Source: Myxococcota bacterium (GTDB taxonomy: Bacteria > Myxococcota_A > UBA9160 > UBA6930). Taken from it: a stretch of DNA of 64,000 bases. The translations under genes and the position numbers were made by a program. The first letter of the stretch is position 1. Every line of letters starts with the position of its first letter. The DNA is taken from NCBI GenBank assembly GCA_965223415.1, contig OZ245002.1, positions 2,624,001 to 2,688,000 of the forward strand, read 5' to 3'. The notes below the pieces were generated by a model that saw only the letters and a program-made list of their open reading frames with translations, made no database searches and was not told the DNA's origin. This document shows, one piece after another, positions 1-9,109 of this stretch.

Positions 1-27
1 CAGGGCGCGCAGACCGGTCTCGAGGCG

Positions 28-678
28 GTGGCCGCCCAGCTCGAGGCCTTTCTCCACCCGGACACCGATCCCAGGCAGGCCCGCAAGCGCGAGGCGATCC
101 TCGAGGCCGCGATGCAGCTCTTCATCGCCCACGGCTACCGCAAGACCACGGTCGACGAGGTGGCGGGCACGGCGGGCGTCGCCAAGGGCACCGTCTACCT
201 CTACTACCGGAACAAGGCGGAGCTCTTCCTGCACGCCATCGCGCTCCAGAAGCGCGCCTACCTGGAAGCCATGGCGCCGGTCTTCGATCCGTCGCTTCCG
301 GCGGCGGACCGGCTGCGCGAGCTGGTCGTGCTGAGCGTCGAGCTGAGCCACCGCATGCCGCTCCTCGCGCGCTTCGTGAACGGCGACGACGAGATCCAGC
401 TGGCCCTCCGCGAGGTGGACGCGGGCACCCTCCAGGACGTGACCCGCACGCGCCTCGACTTCGCCGCCAGCCTGCTCGACGAGGCAGCCGGTGGTCGTTG
501 GCCCCGCGAGGCCCTCGAGCGCCGGGCCCGGGTGCTGATGGATCTGGTGTTCGGCTTCGTGCACGGGGGACGCCTGGTCGGGAGCGGGCTCTCGCTCGGC
601 GCCGAAGCCCGGGAGGTCGCGGATGTGGTGGTGGGCGGCATCCTGTCCAATCCACGCCCCGTCTCCGAGGTCCCGTAG
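28..678 (+). CDS. TetR/AcrR family transcriptional regulator (may start before the window)
   Basis: N-terminal HTH 'ILEAAMQLFIAHGYRKTTVDEVAGTAGVAKGTVYLYYRNKAELF'; the frame is open from position 1. Confidence 0.92.
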   Translation: MAAQLEAFLHPDTDPRQARKREAILEAAMQLFIAHGYRKTTVDEVAGTAGVAKGTVYLYYRNKAELFLHAIALQKRAYLEAMAPVFDPSLPAADRLRELVVLSVELSHRMPLLARFVNGDDEIQLALREVDAGTLQDVTRTRLDFAASLLDEAAGGRWPREALERRARVLMDLVFGFVHGGRLVGSGLSLGAEAREVADVVVGGILSNPRPVSEVP

Positions 679-687
679 ACTCCTCTC

Positions 688-1031
688 GTGATCCTCGTCT
701 GGTACCTGCTGAGCTTCGTCGTCTCGGCGATCGGCATGTCGGCGCCCGAGCTGATGCTCGACCTCACCGCCTTGCGCCGGGGCCTCACCGACCTGGCGGT
801 AGGCGACATCCTGGGCTCGACCTTCGTCGATACCACCCTGTCGGTCGGCATCGGTCCGCTGCTCGCACCGATCGCCGTGAGCGCGGTCCGGCCGTGCGGG
901 GAAGCGCCGCGGCGGCGGTCGCGATCCTCCTGGTGGTGGGCCTGCTGGCCGCGACGCGCCGGCATGGTCGCTCGACGGGCGCGACGCTCGTTGCGCTGTA
1001 TGGCGGGCTGTACGCGGTCCTGCTCGGCTGA
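688..1031 (+). pseudogene. Truncated, frameshifted Na+/Ca2+ (CaCA) antiporter C-terminal fragment
   Basis: Alpha-repeat-like 'GMSAPEL...LAVGDILGSTFVDTTL' in frame 688; hydrophobic continuation 'GPAVRGSAAAAVAILLVVGLLA...LYAVLLG*' in another frame after ~885; N-terminal half absent. Confidence 0.65.
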
Positions 1032-1060
1032 GGCGATACGGAACCCGCGGGAGGCAGAGA

Positions 1061-1852
1061 ATGGACCCGAGTCGTTACTTCGAGGAGCACTGGCGGGAGA
1101 TCGAGCCGGAGCGGATGGAGCGCTACGAGGCGATGTTCACCTGGCGGCCCGAGCACGAGGCGCTTATCGCGCCGGCACGCCTCGAGCCGGGCCAGAAGGT
1201 GGTCGATTTCGGCTCGGGGCCCGGCCATCTGGCCGTCGAGCTCGCTCGTCGGGTGCGCGAGGCCGGTCACGTGCACGGCATCGACCTGAACGCGGAGTTC
1301 GTGGCCCGCTCCCGACAGCGCGCCGAACAGGAGGGGCTCGCAGATCGCCTGACCTTCCACCACGTCACCGGGACGAAGCTGCCGTTGGACGACGGCTCCA
1401 TGGACCGGGTGATCTGCAAGAACGTCCTCGAGTACGTCCCGGACCTCGACACGACCCTGCGCGAGCTGCGGCGGGTCCAGCCTGCGGGTGGGCTCCTGCA
1501 CGCCATCGACAGCGACTGGGGCTTCGTCGTGGTCGAGCCCTGGCCGCCGGAGGTCGTGACCGAGTTCTTCACAGCGGCCGCTCACGCCTTCCGCGAGCCC
1601 AACATCGGCCGCAAGCTCCGCGCGGCGCTGCTACGCGCCGGCTACCGGGAGGTCGAGATCGCGGTGCAGCCGCTCGTGGACACCAGCGGCCTCACCCAGG
1701 TCGTGCTGCAGAACATGGCCTCCTACATCCGCGAGTTCAGGTCGCTCCCGGCCGCGCGGCTGGACGAGCTCATGGCCCAGGTAGGCGACGCCGCCGGGAA
1801 GAGCGAGTACCTCTTCGTCCTTCCCCAGTTCCTGGTAACCGCCAGGGCCTGA
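1061..1852 (+). CDS. Class I SAM-dependent methyltransferase
   Basis: Motif I 'VVDFGSGPG', 'GIDLN', 'LPLDDGSMDRV'; GGAGG upstream. Confidence 0.9.
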   Translation: MDPSRYFEEHWREIEPERMERYEAMFTWRPEHEALIAPARLEPGQKVVDFGSGPGHLAVELARRVREAGHVHGIDLNAEFVARSRQRAEQEGLADRLTFHHVTGTKLPLDDGSMDRVICKNVLEYVPDLDTTLRELRRVQPAGGLLHAIDSDWGFVVVEPWPPEVVTEFFTAAAHAFREPNIGRKLRAALLRAGYREVEIAVQPLVDTSGLTQVVLQNMASYIREFRSLPAARLDELMAQVGDAAGKSEYLFVLPQFLVTARA

Positions 1853-2016
1853 AAGGAAGAGAGGACGGCCCCGAGCACGTAGGAGGCGCGAAGAGCGTGA
1901 CAGCGGCGCCGTCACCCGTGACGTCGCGCTCACGTGACAGGGTCCACCATGGCCGGCGAAAGGCCGCCTGCGGTCGCGCCCTTGGGGAGCTGTGTGCACC
2001 ATCACGCGCGGGCAGC

Positions 2017-2031
2017 TGGCACGCAGCTTGC
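2017..2031 (+). promoter_or_regulatory. Sigma-54 (-24/-12) promoter
   Basis: TGGCACGCAGCTTGC matches TGGCACG-N4-TTGC exactly, about 50 bp upstream of the ATG at 2083. Confidence 0.75.
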
Positions 2032-2082
2032 GGTTTCCATGGAGGCCCGCAGCGAACACACCGCGGGCGAAGGAGGAACCCC

Positions 2083-2382
2083 ATGCATCGCTTCGTCTGC
2101 ACCCTCGTCACCCTGATCGCCTTCAGCCTCGCCTCGGTCGTCGTCGCGAGCGCCGCCGAGCCCGGCACCGTGAAGGGCACGATTCGCGTGGAGAAGAGCC
2201 TGGTCGGCACCGTGGAATCGGTGGAGGTGGTGGAGCCCACGGGCACGGCCACCACCATCGAGGGGCCGGCCCGCGACGTGCTCGCCACCCTCGGCGGCAA
2301 GGAGGTCGAGGTCCAGGGCAGCCTCGAGATCGCGGACGACGGCACCCGCAGGCTCCGGGCCGAGAGCTACGCGGTCCAGTAG
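2083..2382 (+). CDS. Small secreted hypothetical protein (99 aa, beta-rich, possibly OB-fold-like)
   Basis: AGGAGG RBS, signal peptide MHRFVCTLVTLIAFSLASVVVASA, typical codon usage. Confidence 0.75.
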   Translation: MHRFVCTLVTLIAFSLASVVVASAAEPGTVKGTIRVEKSLVGTVESVEVVEPTGTATTIEGPARDVLATLGGKEVEVQGSLEIADDGTRRLRAESYAVQ

Positions 2383-2405
2383 CGGACCACCCGACCGGGC
2401 CCGGA

Positions 2406-2444
2406 GGAGCGGGGAGGTGGGCCTTTGGCCTGCCTCCCCGCTCC
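2406..2444. terminator. GC-rich hairpin between convergent genes, probable terminator
   Basis: GGAGCGGGGAGGTGGGCC-TTT-GGCCTGCCTCCCCGCTCC, 18-bp stem with two G-U pairs; no U-tract. Confidence 0.55.
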
Positions 2445-2451
2445 GGCCAGC

Positions 2452-3591
2452 TCAGAACCCGCGCAGGCTCGCGAACCGGTCCCGGTGGTAGATCGCGTCG
2501 CCGAGGGTCAGCTCGGCGGCCTTCGCGCGCTTGAAGAAGAGGCCGATCTCCTCTTCGTCGGTCATGCCGATGCCGCCGTGCATCTGGAGCGCTTCGCTGG
2601 CGATCAGGCTCGCGACGTCCGAGCAGCGCGCCTTGGCGGCGCTGGCGATCTGGGAGAGGTCTTCCCGCTCCTCGTCCGCCGCGGCCAGGGCGTCCCGCAC
2701 GACGGAGCGGGCGAGCTCGAGCTCGCAGAACATGTCGGCGGCGCGGTGTCGGAGTGCCTGGAAGGTGCCGATCTTCACGCCGAACTGCTCTCGTTCTTTC
2801 AGGTAGGCGAGCGTCCGCTCGAAGGCCTCGTCGAAGGTACCGAGCATCTCGGCGCAGAGGCCGATCGTGGCCCGGTCGAACACCGCGTCGAGCAGGTCGG
2901 CGCCCGCGTCGAGCCGGCCGAGCACCTTCTCGGCCGCCACGCCAACGCCGTCGAGGGCCACGTCGGCCGCGTTTCGACCGTCCAGCATCTCGTTGCGTCG
3001 GACGCGGAGCCCCGCAGCGTCCGCCTCCACGACGAACAGGGTGAGCCCGTCGCGAGCGCCGGGCTCGCCGCTCGTACGCGCCACCACGATCAGGGGGTCG
3101 GCCACGTGGGCGTCGAGCACGAACTGCTTCCGGCCCTCGATGCGGTAGCCGCCGCCCTCGCGCTCGGCCCGGGTGGCGACGGCGTAGGGCTCGAAGCGGC
3201 CCTGCTCCTGGAAGGCCAGGGCGAGCAGGCGATCGCCGCTGCAGATCCCGGGCAAGAGGTCCTTCTTCAGCGGGTCGCTCCCGCCGAGCAGGACGGCGCT
3301 GCCGCCGAGCAGGACAGTCGAGAGGAAGGGCTCGGGGGCGAGCACCCGGCCGCACTCCTCGAGCACCACGCCGAGCTCGCCCATCCCCATCCCGGCGCCG
3401 CCGTACGCCTCGGGGACGAGAATGCCCGACCAGCCCATCTCGGCCATCTCCTTCCAGAGCGCCCGCGAGAAGCCGGTGGCGTCGACCGAGTCCCGCAGCT
3501 CGCGCATCCTCGAGACGGGGGACTTCTCGTCGAGGAAGCCCTTCGCCGTCTCCTTCAGGATCAGCTGGTCTTCGGAGAGGGTCAGTGCCAT
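2452..3591 (-). CDS. Acyl-CoA dehydrogenase (beta-type subunit of a heteromeric ACAD)
   Basis: 'REQFGVKIGTFQALRHRAADM', 'QMHGGIGMT'; start MALTLSEDQ with GGAG RBS. Confidence 0.92.
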   Translation of the reverse strand: MALTLSEDQLILKETAKGFLDEKSPVSRMRELRDSVDATGFSRALWKEMAEMGWSGILVPEAYGGAGMGMGELGVVLEECGRVLAPEPFLSTVLLGGSAVLLGGSDPLKKDLLPGICSGDRLLALAFQEQGRFEPYAVATRAEREGGGYRIEGRKQFVLDAHVADPLIVVARTSGEPGARDGLTLFVVEADAAGLRVRRNEMLDGRNAADVALDGVGVAAEKVLGRLDAGADLLDAVFDRATIGLCAEMLGTFDEAFERTLAYLKEREQFGVKIGTFQALRHRAADMFCELELARSVVRDALAAADEEREDLSQIASAAKARCSDVASLIASEALQMHGGIGMTDEEEIGLFFKRAKAAELTLGDAIYHRDRFASLRGF

Positions 3592-3674
3592 GAGGTCTCC
3601 TTGCGGGATGGCGACGGCCGCTGGCATTCTACCGCTCTGCAACCCGCCCGCGCGGGCGCCTACCCGGAGGTTCC

Positions 3675-4832
3675 ATGGCATCCCTCGACGCGTTTCGAAG
3701 CGAGGTGCGCACCTGGCTGGCCGAGCACTGCCCCAAGGACGTGCGGGTCGGCTCCCGGGAGAAGCTCTCGCGCGCGCGCTTCGACGGGTGGGTCCGCGAG
3801 CTCGGTGACCGGGGCTGGGCGGCGCCGGGCTGGCCCACCGAGTACGGCGGTGGAGGGCTCGACCGGGCGCGCCAGGCGGTGCTCGCCGAGGAGTTGCGCG
3901 CGATCAAGGCGCCGCCGCCGGGGAGCTTCGGGCTCACCATGCTGGGGCCGACGATCCTCGAGCTCGGAACCGAGGAGCAGAAGCGAACGCACATCCCGCC
4001 GATCGCCCGCCACGACGTGATCTGGTGCCAGGGCTACAGCGAGCCCGGCGCCGGCTCGGACCTCGCAGGCCTGCAGACCCGCGCCGTGCTGGAGGGTGAC
4101 GAGTACGTCGTCACCGGCCAGAAGATCTGGACCACCGGCGCGCCCCACGCGGACTGGATCTTCTGCCTCGTGCGCACCGACCCAGACGCTCCCAAGCACG
4201 AGGGAATCAGCTTCCTCCTCTTCCCCATGCGCCAGGAGGGCGTCGAGGTCTTGCCGATCCGCTTGATCGACGGCAGCGAGCACTTCGCGCAGGTGTTCTT
4301 CGACGGCGCGCGGGCCAAGGCGAGCGACGTGATCGGTCCGGTCAACGGCGGCTGGACCGTCGCCAAGCGTCTGCTGCAGCACGAACGGGGCGTGTCCAAC
4401 CCGGAGGCGCGGGCCGCCGGCAGCCGCAAGCGAAAAGGGCTCATCGACCTGGCGCTGGAGCAGCTGGGAACCGACGGCGGCCGGCTCGCGGATCCCGCGC
4501 TCCGGGAGCGCATCGCCCAGCACGAGCTCGACTCGCAGGCCTTCGCGCTCACGATGAGGCGAGCCGCCGAGGAGGCCCGCGCCGGGCAGACCGGGCGCCA
4601 GATCGCCGCCATGTCGAAGTACTACTGGTCCGAGCTGGGAAAGCGGGAGCAGGACCTCGCCGTGCAGGTGCTCGGGAGTCGCGGGCTCGGCTGGAACGGC
4701 GAGGGGTTCGAGGACGCCGAGATCGCGCGCACGCGGCGCTGGCTGATCACCCGCGCCGATTCGATCTGGGGCGGCACGAGCGAGATCCAGCGCAACATCA
4801 TCGCGAAGCGCGTGCTGCTGATCCCCGAATAG
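3675..4832 (+). CDS. Acyl-CoA dehydrogenase (alpha-type subunit)
   Basis: 'WCQGYSEPGAGSDLA', 'GQKIWTT', 'LQHER', 'IWGGTSEIQRNII'. Confidence 0.93.
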   Translation: MASLDAFRSEVRTWLAEHCPKDVRVGSREKLSRARFDGWVRELGDRGWAAPGWPTEYGGGGLDRARQAVLAEELRAIKAPPPGSFGLTMLGPTILELGTEEQKRTHIPPIARHDVIWCQGYSEPGAGSDLAGLQTRAVLEGDEYVVTGQKIWTTGAPHADWIFCLVRTDPDAPKHEGISFLLFPMRQEGVEVLPIRLIDGSEHFAQVFFDGARAKASDVIGPVNGGWTVAKRLLQHERGVSNPEARAAGSRKRKGLIDLALEQLGTDGGRLADPALRERIAQHELDSQAFALTMRRAAEEARAGQTGRQIAAMSKYYWSELGKREQDLAVQVLGSRGLGWNGEGFEDAEIARTRRWLITRADSIWGGTSEIQRNIIAKRVLLIPE

Positions 4833-4948
4833 GATCTGCTCTGTGTGCACGAGCGCACCCTCCCCGGGAGGCCCCTTCCCGCCCGCGGTCGCAAGGGCGA
4901 GACCTAGGAGCCCCGAACGGCGTTACCCTCCCCGGAGCGGGAGGTCGC

Positions 4949-5317
4949 ATGAGCACCATCCAGTTCGCCGCACCGCAGTTCCTGGTCGGGGATCTCGAGG
5001 GATCGCTGGCGTTCTACCAACGCCTGGGCTTCGAGACGGAGTTCGTCTACGACGGCTTCTACGCCTGTGTCTCCCGGGACGGGGCGCGCATCCACCTGAA
5101 GTGCGCACCCAAGCTCGACGCGGAGCGCGCCCACCGCAAGGCGGGCGAGCACATCGACGCGTTCCTCGACGTGTCCGACCCGCAGGAGCTCTACAACGAG
5201 TTCGCCTCCGATGACATCCCGACGAACGGTCCGCCGGCCGAGCGGCCCTGGGGAGCGGTCGACTTCAACGTCGAGGACCCGGACGGCTACATCCTCTGCT
5301 TCTCGAAGCCCGCGTGA
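4949..5317 (+). CDS. VOC/glyoxalase-bleomycin resistance family protein
   Basis: 'SLAFYQRLGF...RPWGAVDFNVEDPDGYILCF'. Confidence 0.85.
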   Translation: MSTIQFAAPQFLVGDLEGSLAFYQRLGFETEFVYDGFYACVSRDGARIHLKCAPKLDAERAHRKAGEHIDAFLDVSDPQELYNEFASDDIPTNGPPAERPWGAVDFNVEDPDGYILCFSKPA

Positions 5318-5342
5318 AACGCGCGCATACCTGGAGGTCGAC

Positions 5343-5756
5343 ATGGCGAAGATCAAGGGCGGGTGCCTGTGCGGAGCCGTCGGGTTCGAGATCGACGGAC
5401 GCATCAGCGGAGTGGGCCTCTGCCATTGCTCGGTGTGCCGGCGTGCGACGGGCATGGGCGGCACCGCGGTGGCGGTCACTGCCGCGCGGAGCCTGCGTTG
5501 GAGCTCCGGCGAGGACACGCTGACGACGTTCTCCCGTTCGAGCGGATGGGCGACTGCGTTCTGCCCGACCTGCGGCTCGCCAGCTCCGACCCTGCACGAG
5601 AACGGAAAGGCGTACCTGATTCCCGCCGGAATCCTGGAGGACGGGGAACCCCTGCGCGTCGCCCGGCACATCTTCGTCGGCTCTCGCGCGAGCTGGGACC
5701 GGATCGCGGACGACGCGCCGCAGTTCGAGCAGTGGCCGCCGGAGGAGTCGTCGTGA
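5343..5756 (+). CDS. GFA/CENP-V family Zn-binding protein
   Basis: 'GGCLCGAV', 'CHCSVCRR', 'FCPTCGS', 'HIFVGSRASWD'; GGAGG RBS. Confidence 0.9.
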   Translation: MAKIKGGCLCGAVGFEIDGRISGVGLCHCSVCRRATGMGGTAVAVTAARSLRWSSGEDTLTTFSRSSGWATAFCPTCGSPAPTLHENGKAYLIPAGILEDGEPLRVARHIFVGSRASWDRIADDAPQFEQWPPEESS

Positions 5757-5787
5757 CCCGCGCCTCCGGTCCCGGCCGGCCGCCGGG

Positions 5788-6993
5788 GTGAGCGACTCCG
5801 AGGCCGGCGCAACGTCCACTCCGTCCTCCCCGTCGCCGGCCGTGCTCTTCGCCCTGGGCTTCCGACCCTTTTTCCTGGCCGCCGGCCTCGCCGCGGTGGG
5901 GCTGATCGGCGCCTGGATCGCCGTGCTCCACGGCTTCGCCCTGCCGACCGCCTACGACCCGATCGGCGGCCCCATGGGCTGGCACGCCCACGAGATGCTC
6001 TTCGGCTACGTCAGCGCGGTGATCGCGGGCTTCCTGCTCACCTCGGTCCGCAACTGGACGGGGCTGCCGACACCGACGGGATGGAAGCTGGCCGCCCTTG
6101 TGGCGCTGTGGCTGGCGGGCCGCGCCGTGCCGCTCTTCCCGACGAGCATTCCCGCCGGCTGGATTGCGGCGGTGGATCTCGCCTTCCTTCCCGCGTTGGC
6201 GACCGCTCTGGCATTCCCCCTCGTGCGGAAGGGCATGGCCCGCAACCTGGTCTTCGTACCGATCCTCGTCGCCCTGGCGGCGGCGAATCTGTGCTTCCAC
6301 CTGCAGGTGCTCGGCGTCGCGGCGACGGGACGCGTAGGCGAACTCCTGGCCGTCGACCTGATCGTGCTCTTGATCGCGATCATCGGCGGCCGGGTCCTCC
6401 CGTTCTTCGTCGGCCGCGCGCTGCCCGGCGCGGCGCCGGCGAGTCGACCTGCGCTCGATTCCCTGTGCCTCGCGGCGATCGTCGCGCTGGCCGTACTCCG
6501 CCTGCTCGAGGCGAACACGGCGCTACGGGCCGTAGCGGGCGTCGCTGCCGCACTGCACGGAGTGCGCCTCGCCGGCTGGCACGACCCGCGCATCTGGTCG
6601 GCGCCGCTCCTCTGGGTGCTGTTCGTGGGCTACGCCTGGCTCGTCGTCGGCTTCGCGCTGACGGCGCTCGCGGGCTTCGTGCCGCACCTCGCCCCGCTGG
6701 CCCTCCACGCCTTCACCGCCGGCGCGATGGGCTCGATGACCCTGGGCATGATGACCCGCGTCTCGCTCGGCCACACCGGGCGACCCCTCGTGGCCTCGCG
6801 CGCTGCCGCTCTCGGCTTCGCCGCCATTCTCCTTGCGGGCCTGGCTCGGGTCGTGGCCCCCGCGATCGCACCGGGGCTCTACCACGATCTGGTCCTCGTC
6901 GCCGGCGGCGCCTGGATCGCCGCCTTCCTCCCCTTCGTCGCGGCCTCGGCGCGCATCCTCACCCGACCGCGCCCGGACGGACGCCCCGGCTGA
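5788..6993 (+). CDS. nnrS: NnrS family membrane protein (NO/nitrosative stress)
   Basis: 'LGFRPFFL', 'WHAHEMLFGY', 'GFLLTSVRNWTG', 'RVSLGHTGRPL', C-terminal 'RPRPDGRPG'. Confidence 0.93.
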   Translation: MSDSEAGATSTPSSPSPAVLFALGFRPFFLAAGLAAVGLIGAWIAVLHGFALPTAYDPIGGPMGWHAHEMLFGYVSAVIAGFLLTSVRNWTGLPTPTGWKLAALVALWLAGRAVPLFPTSIPAGWIAAVDLAFLPALATALAFPLVRKGMARNLVFVPILVALAAANLCFHLQVLGVAATGRVGELLAVDLIVLLIAIIGGRVLPFFVGRALPGAAPASRPALDSLCLAAIVALAVLRLLEANTALRAVAGVAAALHGVRLAGWHDPRIWSAPLLWVLFVGYAWLVVGFALTALAGFVPHLAPLALHAFTAGAMGSMTLGMMTRVSLGHTGRPLVASRAAALGFAAILLAGLARVVAPAIAPGLYHDLVLVAGGAWIAAFLPFVAASARILTRPRPDGRPG

Positions 6994-6998
6994 GCGCC

Positions 6999-7241
6999 TC
7001 AGCGCTTGACCAGTCGATAGGCTCCCAAGAGCAGCATCGCTCCGATGACCGCGGCCACGAAGCTCCCGATGCTGCCCATCGCGCCGAGGCCGATCGCCGC
7101 GGAGGCGAACCCCCCGACGAACGCGCCGGCGACCCCCAGCAACGTCGTCACGACGAGGCCGCCGGGATCGGAGCCGGGCATGAGGAACTTCGCGACCACC
7201 CCGATCGCCAGCCCAGTCAAGAGGATCATCGCGATTTCCAC
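6999..7241 (-). CDS. GlsB/YeaQ/YmgE (transglycosylase-associated) small membrane protein
   Basis: 'GLAIGVVAKFLMPGSDPGG...LLGVAGAFVGG...AVIGAMLLL'. Confidence 0.85.
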   Translation of the reverse strand: MEIAMILLTGLAIGVVAKFLMPGSDPGGLVVTTLLGVAGAFVGGFASAAIGLGAMGSIGSFVAAVIGAMLLLGAYRLVKR

Positions 7242-7275
7242 GGCTCACTCCTTTCGGAACCCAGCGGCACCGATA

Positions 7276-7980
7276 CTAGGGGGAGGACGGGTGCAGCTCG
7301 ACGCGTCGGTTCGCGGCGCGTCCTTCCGCCGTCTCGTTGGTGGCAACCGGCTCCGACTCGCCGCGCCCCTCGGTCGCGAGGCGCGCGGGCGACAGGCCCC
7401 GGGCCACCAGGAAGTCCAGGACCGCCTGGGCCCGACGTCGCGACAGGCCCAGGTTGTAGGCCTCGGAGCCGATCCAGTCCGTGTGCCCGACGATCCGGAC
7501 CTGGACCGAGCTGCATTCGCCAAGGCGGTCCGCGACGCCGCTCAGTGCGGCCCGTCCGGCGGGGCGCAGGTCGGAACGATCGAACTCGAAGTTCACGCCG
7601 GGAAACGTGAAGGTCTGCTCGCAGGGGTCGGGCGGGGTGGCGGGCTGGAGCGGCGGCGGCTCCGGCGATTGCGCAACCAGCGGCTCCGCCGCCGGCTCGG
7701 TGGGCGGTGCGGGCTCGATCTCCCTCTCGGCCGTCTCCGGCTCGCCCTCGCCGAGGACCGCGCAGGTCAGGTAGCCGACGCCTCCGCCCACCAGGATCCC
7801 CAGCGCGCCGTATCCCATGATCGAATCGCCGTCGTGCTTGCGGTCGCTCTTGGCCCCCCCCACGGCCCCGCCCGCGCCGCCGAGCGAGGCACCGATGACG
7901 GCGCACGTCTTGGGCTCGGGAAGGGAGGCACAGCCCAGAAAGGCGACCAGCCAGAGAGACGTGAGAACCCGGGACAACAT
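7276..7980 (-). CDS. OmpA-family lipoprotein with glycine zipper
   Basis: Lipobox-like 'FLGC', Gly zipper, Pro-rich linker, 'VNFEFDRS', 'GHTD..GSEAYNLGLSRRRA', 'NRRVE'. Confidence 0.92.
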   Translation of the reverse strand: MLSRVLTSLWLVAFLGCASLPEPKTCAVIGASLGGAGGAVGGAKSDRKHDGDSIMGYGALGILVGGGVGYLTCAVLGEGEPETAEREIEPAPPTEPAAEPLVAQSPEPPPLQPATPPDPCEQTFTFPGVNFEFDRSDLRPAGRAALSGVADRLGECSSVQVRIVGHTDWIGSEAYNLGLSRRRAQAVLDFLVARGLSPARLATEGRGESEPVATNETAEGRAANRRVELHPSSP

Positions 7981-8146
7981 GAGACCTCCTCGTGACGCGA
8001 AACCTGCTGGATGGGCAGACCGCATGAGACGTATCCTCGCGAAATGCTCGGCACTTCGGAGCCGCACGGGCTCGCTTTCGGGTCGCATCTCCACTCCGCG
8101 GGGGACCGTGGCGTTCCGGCGATGCTCGTCGCCCGCGTGACGGACC

Positions 8147-9097
8147 ATGCCTGACGATCGCTCGCTTTTCGCCCATCGGACTGTGACGCCGGACACCGTC
8201 GCCACCTTCGCGGCGCTCACCGGCGACTACGCGCGGATCCACGTCGACCACCGGCTGGGCGAAGCCACGCCCCGGGGGTGGGGCTTTGCCCACGGTCTGC
8301 TGAGCGCGAGCTGGGCACTCGGCGCCCTCACCCTACACGCGCCCGAGCGGGTGGGCCATGGCGAGCCGGCACTCTTCGTCTCGGACTTCGGCGTCCGCTT
8401 CCGCGACGTCGTCGGCTTCGGCGACACCCTGGCCCTGCGATGGCAAGACGCGCCCGCCGAGCCCGGCTCGGCCTTGCGCACGGACTTCGAGGTACTCGAT
8501 CAAGACGAGCGCATCGTGACCTCTGGTCACGTCGCCCTGCGGCGACACGGATCGGAGGCGCCGTCGGAAGCGCCCTGGCCCGCCAGCGTCTACCGACCGC
8601 CGGCAGGGACCTCACCGATGGCCGCCGAGGATCTCCTCGAGCATGGGCCTCGCGGCGCCTCCCCCGTGCGCACCCTCACCGAGAGCGACGTCGTCGCCTT
8701 CACCGGCTTCACCGGAGAGCTGAACCCGCTCTACCTCGACGCTCCATTCGCGGAACGCTCACCCTTCGGCGAACGCATCGTCCCACCGATGCTGTGCTTC
8801 TGCCTCGGCTTCCCGGTATGGCTGCGCGAGCTCATGAAGCTCCCGATGGCCGGAGACGAGAGCACCGCCGGCCACCTGGGGGATCGCTGGCAGGTCGTGG
8901 CGCCGGTGCGCCTCGGCGACACCCTCGAGGTGCGCTATCGCCCCCTGGCCCTGCGGCGCACCCGGAGCCGTCCGAGCCACGGGGTCGCAACCTTCGGTCT
9001 CCAGCTGGTCGATCAGCACGAAGCCGTCGCACTCCAGGGCGAGGTGGACATGATGCTCGCCATGGGCGAGCCGGCGACGGAAGGAGATCCGACCTGA
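8147..9097 (+). CDS. MaoC-like double hot-dog dehydratase
   Basis: Two hydratase motifs 'FAALTGDYARIHVD' and 'FTGFTGELNPLYLD'. Confidence 0.85.
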   Translation: MPDDRSLFAHRTVTPDTVATFAALTGDYARIHVDHRLGEATPRGWGFAHGLLSASWALGALTLHAPERVGHGEPALFVSDFGVRFRDVVGFGDTLALRWQDAPAEPGSALRTDFEVLDQDERIVTSGHVALRRHGSEAPSEAPWPASVYRPPAGTSPMAAEDLLEHGPRGASPVRTLTESDVVAFTGFTGELNPLYLDAPFAERSPFGERIVPPMLCFCLGFPVWLRELMKLPMAGDESTAGHLGDRWQVVAPVRLGDTLEVRYRPLALRRTRSRPSHGVATFGLQLVDQHEAVALQGEVDMMLAMGEPATEGDPT

Positions 9098-9109
9098 TCG
9101 AGCCGCGGC

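Noticed and set aside
688..2382. 564-aa ORF as a single fusion protein
   Set aside because: Chance open frame linking the antiporter remnant and the 99-aa secreted gene across the methyltransferase
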